A DNA stretch of 64,000 nt from Tubulanus polymorphus (lineage: Eukaryota > Animalia > Nemertea): the NCBI RefSeq assembly GCF_964204645.1, contig NC_134032.1:10590275-10654274 (forward strand). Direction: 5' to 3'. Shown piece after piece: positions 1 through 10,341 of the stretch. Below the pieces are notes generated by a model. That model was given only the letters and a program-made list of their open reading frames with translations, did no database searches and was not told the origin of the DNA. Numbering within the stretch: the first letter of the stretch is position 1; every line of letters begins with the position of its first letter. Made by a program: the position numbers and the translations under genes.

Positions 1-265
1 GTCGTACCACTGCGCCGGTGAATTAAGCGTTTCGTCGTGGGATTGGTTGGGGTTGTATCGGCGCGGCTTTAAACACGTAGACGACTACGAGACTTGGGCG
101 TACGGCGCGAGCGGTGGTGGCGCTGATGCCAAGAAACGCGATGACGTTCCGGTGACATTTACCGACACGGAGAAACTGAGCGGGGAATTTGTGGTCGCGT
201 ATTTCAACCGCAAGAAGAATTGTTTAGTTGGTTATAGCAATGTTTTCGAAATTCAGTCCGAATAA
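1..265 (+). CDS. INPP5K: 3' end of INPP5K/SKIP-like inositol polyphosphate 5-phosphatase paralog 1 (SKICH-like C-terminal domain), 5'-truncated by the window
   Basis: Frame is open from position 2 (SYHCAGELSVSSWDWLGLYRRGFKHVDDYETW...VVAYFNRKKNCLVGYSNVFEIQSE*) and is clearly homologous to the C-termini of the two downstream copies. Confidence 0.85.
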   Translation, partial: SYHCAGELSVSSWDWLGLYRRGFKHVDDYETWAYGASGGGADAKKRDDVPVTFTDTEKLSGEFVVAYFNRKKNCLVGYSNVFEIQSE

Positions 266-275
266 TGACTTTTTA

Positions 276-405
276 TGGCTCGGGGGCCAGTTGCTTTAAA
301 GTTGGTTCGAGATGACCGGCAGATGAATCCCCGTAGTAACAATGAACTTTAAATTGTCATCTATCTGCTGATTCACTGGTACCAACTTTTTAGAAACTGG
401 CGCGA
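276..405. mobile_element. MITE (GGGGCC-terminal family), second copy near 56645-56765
   Basis: Shares GGGGCCA..TGCT..AAA.TTGGTT..AGAT.ACCGGC.GAT.AAT...TAACAATGAACTTT.AATTGTCAT with 56645-56765. Confidence 0.55.
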
Positions 406-1099
406 GGATGCAAAATGTTAGTAGTAGGGCTAGGTCCAAGGGCAGTATCTGAGGGTTTTTTTCTTTTGGGCAAATTAATTATGAAAGAACAAAAGGGACG
501 GCTGATTTTCAGAGGGGTGGATGTAAAAATGAAAGTAGTAGTCGCCCCTCTAAAACCTGTTGTGGAGAACACTGGTTGGGCACATCTTTACGCGCCCCTA
601 AGGTCCGACTTGAGCGGAGTCTACTGTACATTAGATTACAATTCAGTATTCATCTATAACTCCCGGTATATTATCATCATTTCATATAATCATGAGATTT
701 GTCTCCAATCGTCTTCCCTTAATCAATTATCGACGATTAACTTAATTACCCTGTTATCATTGTTTATCATATCAGTAGTTATTATCTCGTAATGACAGAG
801 ATTTAAGCCGGGTTCTTTCAAAGTCAGTATCTTGTATTTAAGAATGTATGTATGTGGTTTTAGCTACTTATGCAGCAATGTCTTTTAGTAGAACATGTGT
901 AGGTGGCCGGTTAAAGAAGCAATCACTTAAAATCCCAGTATCGTTTCTAAATGCCCAGTTGCATAGTCATTACTTACGGTCCAAATGTTAAGACTGGAGG
1001 TAACCCTTTCCTTGTTGACTAATCAATATCCGAAAGTGCTGGTGGAGACAATTTGAAAAGTTTTGAAAAATTCCACTCTTAGGTTTATAGCGACTACGT

Positions 1100-1260
1100 C
1101 TACACCGCAGTGCTGTGTATCGATATTAACTTAATATTTCACTATGTTTGACAGGTGCCGCCATCTTTCATTAGAGATAAGAACTTATTATGTCTATACA
1201 CCACGATACGGTGAAATATCAGATCCTATCACTGATTAATACACCGCACTGTGGTGTAGC
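1100..1260. mobile_element. Short MITE-like inverted-repeat element
   Basis: CTACACCGCAGTGCTGTGTA ... TACACCGCACTGTGGTGTAG terminal inverted repeat. Confidence 0.45.
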
Positions 1261-1889
1261 CACACTGGAAGGGTTAATTAAAATCTTATATTAGTTTTAG
1301 ACCAAAATGTGCTTAAACGGGCGTTAAGTTCTTAGGTTGGTTACGGAACCAAAGCACGCGTAAGATAAGCTACGGAACGAAATAATGAGGTTTTAAATCA
1401 ACCAGGGTAAGTCAGGACTGAACAATCCAAGTTTTAAATTCAACCCTTAGGCAGGTTTCGTAGGCCATTTTCAGTTTAGCACTGGGCCCAGTTTCACGAA
1501 AATGTTTCGGTTAAGTTCTTATTTCATGCTTTCATGTTTTCGACAAGGATGACTGCTATTCAAAGCATTTTAAGCTTGTTGAACTGTTTCATGAAACTAC
1601 CCGCCTGAGGTTAGAACTGCTCGACGATCAATGGTCAGTTTAGTTAATCAAAGTCTTTATTAGATAAGATAAGATATATAGCTTTATTCTCCTGACTATG
1701 ATATGCAGTGTAAGGAGGTCTAAAAAGTTTTCAATCATATTCGACAAACAGTATGTACGTCAATGAAAATAGATGACGCAAACAGTATGAAAAATATAAT
1801 GCTTTACTATGAAAAAAATTATGACAATTCCTGATAAAATATTTTACGATAGGAATTTTGAATCAAATAATCTTTCACAACGCTCCACG

Positions 1890-2711
1890 CAGGGGCGGAT
1901 CCAGACCGTATTAGCCGTATTGCCCAATACGGTCTAGAATTTTTTAGTGCCCTTCGAAATTTCACCGGCAATATTTTTGACGGCATTATTTCAGAAACCG
2001 CTAATTCCGTGTCCGTAATCCGGGCATAATTATAAAATTAATCGGTATATACTGCTGCCAAGAAAGTGAGGAGAGATAATCATATTTGTAAAGCCTTTAA
2101 TCATGATAAATTAAAAAGGGCACTTTCCTTTTGCAAGGGGCACTCATGCTTTAGATGAGGGCACCTTGTCCTTGCCTTTTCAGAGAGGGCTAAAGGGGCA
2201 CTGTTACTTAAGAAGAGGGCACTATACGCGGAAAATGTTGAAGAAAAGGGCACTTTTTTGCCTAATTTTTAAAATTTTAGGGGCACTTTTGGTTTGGAAG
2301 ATGGCACACGACATAAGGATAAATGTGAAGACGAGGCAATTTTTGCCGATTGTTAACAATGAAGGGGCACTTAGCCGTATTCTGTATAATTGTTAAGGGG
2401 CACTTTTAAAGATTATAGGGGCACTAGGCGAAGTTGGCGACAACCATTCTTTCATGGGTTCGCCAGCTTCATTTTTTATCCGCATCTGTTGAAATCTTGT
2501 CTCGAATTCGTTTATTCTGGATTGCTCTGCTAGCCTCTAGAAGCCCTCTAAAAGCCTTTAAATGGTACCATATTTTCAAAATTTTCTGGGGGTGCGCCCC
2601 CAGACGCCCCTCTAAGGACTTGACCTGGATACTGGGTGTGCCCTAAGATCAGAAAGGTGCCCTTAAATGTCCTTCCAATACTGTCTACCCATCCCCCTGG
2701 ATCCGCCCCTG
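1890..2711. mobile_element. Non-autonomous DNA transposon with CAGGGGCGGATCCAG TIRs and 5-bp TSD (CCACG)
   Basis: Perfect 15-bp TIRs; CCACG on both flanks; many internal (A/G)GGGCAC(T) motifs. Confidence 0.85.
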
Positions 2712-2758
2712 CCACGGCTTTTGAGATATATATTTATTATAAGAGCTGCTAAACACAT

Positions 2759-2880
2759 TAGCGCCATCTAACAATAGATGTAGGGAACTTCGAAATCGAT
2801 AAAAAAGGAATGATCGCTGCGTGCGTATTATGACTGCTAATAATGACTCCACCCAATAGAAAATAGGTTTATAGGTCGAT
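2759..2880 (+). promoter_or_regulatory. Conserved upstream block of paralog 2 (CTCF-like motif and CCAAT-containing block)
   Basis: TAGCGCCATCTAACAATAGA at 2759-2778 is identical to 4939-4958; CTCCACCCAATAGAAAATAGGTTTATAG matches a block near 5049, in otherwise diverged flanks. Confidence 0.45.
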
Positions 2881-3097
2881 TTCCTATTTTCGTGTGTTCA
2901 ATGAACTTCACCGTATACAGTAATAAAAACCTGTTCACTAAAATTAGGTTAAACGGGAAATAAACCCTGCCACTGGTCGACTGTTGTAGTGAAGGGTGAC
3001 CTAGGCATAACAGAACAAATTATAGGGCAGTTGAATTGCAGACGCGGAGTGACGGACTAAAAATTTGCTTACAAGTTTGGAATTTTCGAATACTAAG

Positions 3098-4342
3098 ATG
3101 GGCATATGTCAGACGAAGACCAAGAACGTCGCGAAGGGAAGCGGCCAACAAACTTTGAAGATACACGCGTGCAGTTGGAACGTGGCTGAGGAGAAGCCGG
3201 TGGATAACCTGACCGAATGGCTCGGACTCGATCGCGGCGCGAAGCACGAACCGGCGGTGATCGTCGTCGGACTGCAAGAGGTCGGCGATCAAGCCGCATG
3301 GGAGGAGACGCTGTTGAACGTTTTGACGGAGCGCGGGTACGCGCGCGCCAAACACCGCAGCATGGCGTGGTTGTACACGGCCGTGTTTGTGAAACAACGC
3401 CACTTGGCGTTCGCGACGAACTTCGAATCGGAGACGACGAAAATCGACTACGGCGGCCCGCTGTCGAATAAAGGCGCGGTCAGCGTGCGGTTTAATTTCT
3501 ACGGCGTGAACGCGATTTTCGTCAACGCGCACTTCACAGCACATTATAAAAATACAGACGATCGTATCGGCGACTACGGCGAAATCATCGATGGTCAGCA
3601 ATTCCGCGATCCGTCCGTCAAATCGATACTCGATCACGACTACGTTGTCTGGTTCGGCGATTTGAATTTTCGAATCGACGATTTGAGCAAAAGCGACATC
3701 GAACGCTACATCAAACGTGCGGAACTAACCACGCTGAGACCGCACGACCAGTTGAACAAGGCGCGTGCTGAGAAACTCGTGTTCGTCGGATTCCAAGCAG
3801 GCGCGATCGATTTCAACCCGACGTATAAGTTCGACAAGGGCACCGATACGTACGACACGAGCTCGAAGCAGCGTAAACCGGCGTGGACCGATCGGATCCT
3901 GTGGAAGGTCGTCGAGAACAAGTTCAACAAGGTGAAATCATTGTCGTACCGTTCGCATCCCGGTTACAAGATGAGTGATCACAAACCGATCAGCGGCGAA
4001 TTCGAGATTACGGTGATAAAAAACGCACCAGAATTACCGGTGATATTCACACCCATTTCGTTGCCGCGCAGCGGTACCCTGGCGTCGTTCGAGGTGTCGT
4101 ACCGTTGCGACGCTCGGCGCTTGGAGACGTCGACACGCGATTGGTTGGGGCTGTATCGTAGCGATTTGAAACACGCCGACGCCTACGAGACGTGGGTTTG
4201 GGCGGAGACGGGAACCGACGACGTTTCGGTGACGTTTACTGAAACGGAAAATCTTTCCGGCAAATTTGTGGTCGCGTATTTCAACCGCGTGAAAAACTGT
4301 CTGGTCGGCTACAGCAACGTTTTCGAAATTGGACCAAAATAA
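3098..4342 (+). CDS. INPP5K: Intronless INPP5K/SKIP-like inositol polyphosphate 5-phosphatase, paralog 2
   Basis: First ATG at 3098 (MGICQTK); the track's TTG at 3065 is unlikely in a eukaryote. 5-phosphatase motifs SWNV, VGLQE, NKGAV, WFGDLNFRI, PTYKFD, KPAWTDRILW and SDHKP, followed by a SKICH-like DWLGLY domain. Confidence 0.92.
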   Translation: MGICQTKTKNVAKGSGQQTLKIHACSWNVAEEKPVDNLTEWLGLDRGAKHEPAVIVVGLQEVGDQAAWEETLLNVLTERGYARAKHRSMAWLYTAVFVKQRHLAFATNFESETTKIDYGGPLSNKGAVSVRFNFYGVNAIFVNAHFTAHYKNTDDRIGDYGEIIDGQQFRDPSVKSILDHDYVVWFGDLNFRIDDLSKSDIERYIKRAELTTLRPHDQLNKARAEKLVFVGFQAGAIDFNPTYKFDKGTDTYDTSSKQRKPAWTDRILWKVVENKFNKVKSLSYRSHPGYKMSDHKPISGEFEITVIKNAPELPVIFTPISLPRSGTLASFEVSYRCDARRLETSTRDWLGLYRSDLKHADAYETWVWAETGTDDVSVTFTETENLSGKFVVAYFNRVKNCLVGYSNVFEIGPK

Positions 4343-4938
4343 CATTTTCTAACTCTACTTCTTTTGGTACGTTGATAAAGATGTCCGAAAAACTCTTGAG
4401 TATTTGAAAATCATATTTCTTGAAATTTCTTGTACTGCACAGAATATAATAATGCCACAGTCAATTTGATGTCTGTTTCGCCTAGCCACCTGTGTGCAGT
4501 TTTATAGTTTCACCATCGGATATATTTTCACAAATCACATTTTGCTTGCATTCCACATTGGGTTGGTTAAGCCCATCCGATTATGAAAGCTTACCACCAA
4601 CGATTAGATAACTAACTATGCCTCTCCCAGACTGTGGACAAGCTCAAAAAAGTGATGGCCAATATTTCGCCAGGTCTCATGTTTGGACCCAAGGCAATTT
4701 CAATTGGAAATTAGATACCGTTCTGTTTTCTACATTGACTAAAAGTATAGACATCACCATGTGTGGAAACTTAGATCATCGAAAAGGTGATTGACCCACA
4801 AATTGCATCATTCGCAAAAAGCAAATATGACAATCTGGCAGGTAGCACCCAATTTTACAAACTGGCTGTAGCACCCCTTGGAGCTCTTGTTAAGTTGTAC
4901 GCTGTGCCCTGTTTCATCTCGAATATCCTGCTAAACAG

Positions 4939-5080
4939 TAGCGCCATCTAACAATAGACACAAATAACTACCGGGTACGAAGTCGATGAAATCAATCATC
5001 AGCGTTCTCGATGCATAATGCATGTGCATGCGTTTGTCTGTTTTATGGCTCCACCTAATAGAAAAAAGGTTTATAGATCA
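4939..5080 (+). promoter_or_regulatory. Conserved upstream block of paralog 3
   Basis: Duplicate of the 2759-2880 footprints, at a similar distance upstream of the ATG. Confidence 0.45.
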
Positions 5081-5332
5081 ATTACCCCATTCAATGAAGC
5101 TACCAGCTAAAATTAGGTTACGCAACTATTGCAACTCATTGTCTGTTGTAGTGTTGTATATGATGAAGTGCTGAATCGCCCCAGTTTTTTTTAAGACTAT
5201 TGTCAGGAATTCGATATCGTATCGCAGCTGTTGACATAACAGCAATTTATAGCGTGGTTATAGTGCAGAGGTAGAGCGCGACACAGACTGGAGCTCATTT
5301 GCATTTGAACGTAAGATTATTCGACGACCAAT

Positions 5333-6571
5333 ATGGGCGCAAAACAAACCAAGAACGTCGCGAAGGGAACCGCCCAACAAACTTTGAAGATACACACGTG
5401 CAGTTGGAACGTGGCCAATGAGAAGCCGGTGGATAACCTGACCGAATGGCTCGGACTCGATTGTGGCGCGAAGCACGAACCGGCGGTGATCGTCGTCGGA
5501 CTGCAAGAGGTCGGCGATCAAGCCACATGGGAGGAGACGCTGTTGAACGTCTTGACCGAGCGCGGGTACGCGCGCGCCAAACACCGCAGCATGGCGTGGT
5601 TGTACACGGCCGCGTTTGTGAAACAACGCCACCTGGCGTTCGCGACGAACTTCGAATCGGAGACGATGAAAATCGACTACGGCGGCCCGCTGTCGAATAA
5701 AGGCGCGGTCAGCGTGCGGTTTAATTTCTACGGCGTGAACGCGATTTTTGTCAACGCACACTTCACGGCGCATCATAAAAATACGGATGATCGCATAGGC
5801 GACTACGGCGAAATCGTCGACGGTCAGAAATTCCGTGATCCGTCCGTCAAATTGATACTCGATCACGACTATGTTTTCTGGTTCGGCGATTTGAATTTTC
5901 GAATCGATGATTTGAGCAAAAGCGACATCGAACGTTACATCAAAAGCAAGGAACTGAAGGCGCTGAGACCGCACGACCAGTTGAACAAGGCGCGCGCCGA
6001 GAAACTTGTGTTCGTCGGATTCCAAGAGGGTGCAATTAATTTCAACCCGACGTATAAGTTCGACAAGGGCACCGACACGTACGACACGAGCTCGAAGCAG
6101 CGTAAACCGGCATGGACCGATCGGATCCTGTGGAAGGTCGTCGAGAACAAGTTCAACAAGGTGAAATCGTTGTTGTACCGTTCGCATCCCGGTTACAAGA
6201 CGAGTGATCACAAACCGATCAGCGGCGAATTCGAGATTACCGCGATGAAAAACGCCCCCGAATTACCGGTGATATTCACACCCATTTCGTTGCCGCGCAG
6301 CGGTACCCTGGCGTCGTTCGAGGTGTCGTACCATTGCGACGCTCGGCGCTTGGAGACGTCGACGCGCGATTGGTTGGGGCTGTATCGTAGCGATTTGAAA
6401 CACGCCGACGCCTACGAGACGTGGGTTTGGGCGGAGACGGGAGCCGACGACGTTTCGGTGACGTTTACCGAAACGGAGAATCTTTCCGGCAAATTTAGGG
6501 TCGCGTATTTCAACCGCGTGAAAAACTGTCTGGTGGGCTACAGCAACGTTTTCGAAATTGGACCGAAATAA
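5333..6571 (+). CDS. INPP5K: Intronless INPP5K/SKIP-like inositol polyphosphate 5-phosphatase, paralog 3
   Basis: 412 aa starting MGAKQTK; same motifs as paralog 2 and nearly identical to it across most of the CDS. Confidence 0.92.
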   Translation: MGAKQTKNVAKGTAQQTLKIHTCSWNVANEKPVDNLTEWLGLDCGAKHEPAVIVVGLQEVGDQATWEETLLNVLTERGYARAKHRSMAWLYTAAFVKQRHLAFATNFESETMKIDYGGPLSNKGAVSVRFNFYGVNAIFVNAHFTAHHKNTDDRIGDYGEIVDGQKFRDPSVKLILDHDYVFWFGDLNFRIDDLSKSDIERYIKSKELKALRPHDQLNKARAEKLVFVGFQEGAINFNPTYKFDKGTDTYDTSSKQRKPAWTDRILWKVVENKFNKVKSLLYRSHPGYKTSDHKPISGEFEITAMKNAPELPVIFTPISLPRSGTLASFEVSYHCDARRLETSTRDWLGLYRSDLKHADAYETWVWAETGADDVSVTFTETENLSGKFRVAYFNRVKNCLVGYSNVFEIGPK

Positions 6572-6789
6572 CATTTTCTGAGTCTGCATTCCACATTGGT
6601 TCAAGCCCATCGGATTATGAAAGCTTACCACTAACGATTAGTTAATTATGCCTCTTCCAGACTGTGGACATTTCGCAGTGACAATTATATTTTGGGAAAT
6701 TAAATACTGTTTTGCCCTATCTATTGGTATAGATATCACGGTGCTTGAAAAATTAGCTCCTGCAGATTTGGACCATCAAAAGGGTGATT

Positions 6790-6945
6790 GTCTGTTAGAG
6801 TCACTGCTCACTTGGCGCCAACATTTTCGGAGAAGGAAATTTGCTCAATCTAACTCAAATTGAATTGTATATAAGGACGAATTTGTTGCCATGTTCATGT
6901 TTTTCATCGGTTCCCGCAGGAGCGTTGTTAAGTACTTTTACTGTA
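6790..6945 (+). mobile_element. Tc1/pogo(Tigger)-like MITE, partial copy
   Basis: Similar to 7896-8101 (ATTTT..GGAGAA..AAATTTGC..AATC.AACTCAA); ends ACTGTA. Confidence 0.5.
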
Positions 6946-7895
6946 ATGAGGTTTCATCTGGAAAAATTTGCAATGTTTCAATAATGCGAAAATAATTACT
7001 TGCGAAATGTTATAATGACGTATGTTGTATTTCCCATGTGATATGTTTAAACATGTCTCATAATGCATATCGTTGTTTAAGTCGCGGATATGGAACTTGT
7101 GAGGTAAATGTATACTTAGATTAGATTTTAGAATGTTTTTCTTAATGGCTAAATTTTCAGTACCCAGTTTCTAGAAAAATATAACGTTACTTCTCTATAT
7201 TATATGGTATGAATTTATTTGGCCTTTTACCTCCTAGTTCAGCAGTTTCATGATTTTTCTGAACGCTAATCGGAAATGAACGAGAATTTGTTTACGAACT
7301 TAAACCGAGAACTATGGAACTAGGCCCCAAAAAAAGACGCAGCAAAAAAAATAGGAACTGCTTCGATGTCTGTCGTATAACCAGTTTCGTAAACCTTCCC
7401 CCAAAAATTGCAAAAGTATTCAAATACCATTCAGTCATCCCGTTCTGTATTCAGTTCTTCATTCAGGTAGATTTGTATAGCTTTGTATTTCTATGTGTAT
7501 ATAATGATAGATCGATCGATAAAAACCAGAAAAAACATCGATCCAAAATGTTATTTCGTGCCCTCCAGACACAAATGGGGAATATGCCATGTGTTGCCAT
7601 TTTAATGATTTTTCTCTTCGTGTATATACTCGTGTGTACTAAACGTATGTTGTTATTTCACGTGCTGCTCTTGCCTCGAATCTACGTTCATAAGTAGTCG
7701 GACGATTAGCTCGTGGACTCCAAAACGGAGCCCTGTGACATGTTCCTTTCGTTTTAGAGCGAAGTACTGTTTTCATATTGACGACCTCCATAACGCGTTC
7801 AAATCGTTCCCGTAAAACAACCGTTATCGACTTGACTCAACCATTATTATTTTAATCGTTGAACTTAGGAACAAGTTTTTGAAGTTATTGTGAAA

Positions 7896-8101
7896 TACAG
7901 TCAGTTATAACTCCATCGTTTTTAATGCTGTTACTCACATAACGTCGAAATTTTTTGGAGAACAAATTTGCCTAATCCAACTCAACTTCAATGTTATTAT
8001 CTTCTTTAAAAAAATGTTTGATATATCTTCTTTGCAAATTCTTTATAATGCCACGTTCTTCAGTGGTCCCAACAGTGGTATTATAAAGGACTTAAACTGT
8101 A
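7896..8101 (+). mobile_element. Tc1/pogo(Tigger)-like MITE
   Basis: TA-CAGT...ACTG-TA termini; related copies at 6790-6945 and, inverted, at 12192-12393. Confidence 0.6.
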
Positions 8102-9420
8102 CTAGAAACTGACTTAAGTGTATCCCATTTTGGGCTTTATGTGTGTTTTGTCAATATTTCTTGGTAATTAATTTCTTATTGATCAACCTAAGCAATGAAT
8201 GTGACTGCAAACTACTTATGTTTGATTTGTAATAATTTGGTAATTAAGAATTTCCTATGTCCTTTAATACGCATGTTCCATTTCGGGCTTTAACAGTGGT
8301 TTATCCTGATTACGATTAATCTGTTAATTTCTCAATTCAATTAATACGTGCTGGAACTACTGGTGTTAAATTAGAATAATAATTTGGTAAATCACTAACT
8401 AGGTTATTTCATTAATGAATACTTGATAAGGTTTATTGCTAGAAAAGGCCGAAAAAAAATAATTATGTAAAAATATGGGTAAAATCGGAAATAACTAAAT
8501 GATTTCATAATTTCTGTTGCCATATTCTCTTTTACTAATAAGTATTAATTAGTTTGTTTTGATTTCTAAAACGTTTAATCTTTCACTGATTATTTGAATG
8601 TCGAAATATTAGGAAAATTGCAAATGTGATATGCATATGATTGAAATGTTTTAATGCTGGTTCTGGTTTGAAAAAATCGCGCCTAGTTTAGTTTGACCAC
8701 TCGGCCTTAGTTCGCTGCTGTATAAAGAAAAAGAAAAAAATATATATGCAATTTTTCCTGAGTTGAAAAAAAAACATTTTTGCTGTCAAATTATATCTTT
8801 CATCTGAATCAGGAATGAATTTTTTCGAGCTGGCTGGCATTAGTGTATGCGTCATTTCCCCTGAGAACTATACGACTTCAGAGGACTGGATGGGGCCCAT
8901 AGCCAGGAATTTACAATCTAAGGGCAATTTTCCATCGGAAAACGTTTCTGAAAAATTAAAACATCAAGAAGATTTCAATAACCATTGGTTGTAACATACG
9001 GAAAGATATTTCAATCCCTTGATGATCTTTCCACACAGCCACGCCGCCCCCCTTTCCTCCACACAGTGTAGAACAGAATTAGAAACTGGGATATTTTTCT
9101 CTGAAAGAATCTTTACGCAATTGTTGTGGCGTAGAAACCGTCTCGGAATCCAGAAGAAAATTGCCTTAGATTCTGGTGGCTGTAGTTTTAAATGGGTAAG
9201 TTCGTCATCAATATTGACCCTGATAATTTTTGGTTTGGTTGTAGAAGTGACTTTTCTTTGCTGCTAGCTTTAATAAACCCCAGTTATTATTAGACTTCAG
9301 TTCGTAGAAACTTTGTACTTTATACACATTTTATTCCAAACTCTAATCAAAGATTATTTTTTTTAAATTTTTCCCTCACCCTGTTGTTGATAAAAGAATG
9401 TGCAAAAAACACTGAGCACT

Positions 9421-9706
9421 CAGGGGCGGATCCAGAGGCCAATTTTGAAGGACTTGTCACTTTTCAAAAGGGACTTTGATGTCCAGAAAGGAAATATTAG
9501 TTCCACTACCGCACTGAGGGCTAATTTCAAAGAACTTGTTTCATCTCAAAAGATAAGATAAGCACTTTGATGTCCATACGGCGAATATTAAGCGTAACAC
9601 ACTGAAATGCACCAATTATCTTTGTTGACAAAAAAATGAAAAAGAGCGCTAAAAAAGTTCTTTTGAACTTGTACAAGTCTCATATGTCCCCGTGGATCTG
9701 CCCCTT
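9421..9706. mobile_element. Non-autonomous DNA transposon, CAGGGGCGGATCCA TIR family, 5-bp TSD (GCACT)
   Basis: Left TIR CAGGGGCGGATCCA, right TIR TGGATCTGCCCCTT; GCACT at 9416-9420 and 9707-9711. Confidence 0.8.
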
Positions 9707-10237
9707 GCACTGCTAGTATACTATTAGGATTATGAATGGTAGACTCCGCCTTTGATAGTTGCGCCGAGACTGGCAAAATATTAATGGTTAAGACAAATAC
9801 GGGTATAGATTTTCTGATATTTTGCAATGACAAATACTAAGAGAGAGATCTGTAGAGAGATCTGAGAAATCTGTTTATTATTCTACTGATTTGAACTGAT
9901 TGCTGGATAGACCGGTACTGCATATTAGCAGAGTACCGTACGTGCAGTTTTTCAAAAGTAGTCAAGTTATCTTTTTATTACTCGACAGGTTTGAACCGAT
10001 TACCGGATAGACCGGTATTGCTAAATTGGCGGAGTGTACTGTAAACGTAGTTTGTCCTAAAAGTAGGCAAATTATTTTTTGTTAACCACGGCATATTTAA
10101 ACAAAATATATACGCTCAAAAGAACGATAACCACACTCAAACGTGGTGAATGTATAATAAGATAAAAACCCACTATTTACAGATTAAAAGAATTTAGAAA
10201 CAAGTATTTATTTATTCAATCTAAAATATATATATAA

Positions 10238-10281
10238 GACACGACGTTTCGATCTCACCCTAGAGATCATCATTAGGTGTG
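10238..10281 (-). ncRNA. Minimal type I hammerhead ribozyme relic (Penelope-like-element type) with a core G-to-A change
   Basis: Minus strand reads ACAC-CUAAUGA-U-GAUCUC-uagggu-GAGAUC-GAAA-CG-UC-GUGU: stems I and II and the GAAA/GUC core are present, but CUGAUGA reads CUAAUGA. Confidence 0.65.
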
Positions 10282-10341
10282 ACACCTCCGAATTCGCTGA
10301 CTGCACAATTGTTAAGTTTAATTTCTAAATCGTTTCTCTAG

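Noticed and set aside
1385-1412. HACD exon 1 at the strong donor CAGG/GTAAGT
   Set aside because: The required frame has an upstream stop, no ATG and no HACD similarity; the similar candidate at ~9195 fails the same way.
3098-6571. Bacterial horizontal transfer or contamination (intronless, GC- and CpG-rich CDS)
   Set aside because: The 5-phosphatase plus SKICH architecture is animal-type, and the spliced CLCA and QPRT exons show similar CpG-rich codon style.
3020-6631. Long antisense and alternative-frame ORFs over the phosphatase genes
   Set aside because: Shadow ORFs of GC-rich coding sequence with no recognisable motifs.
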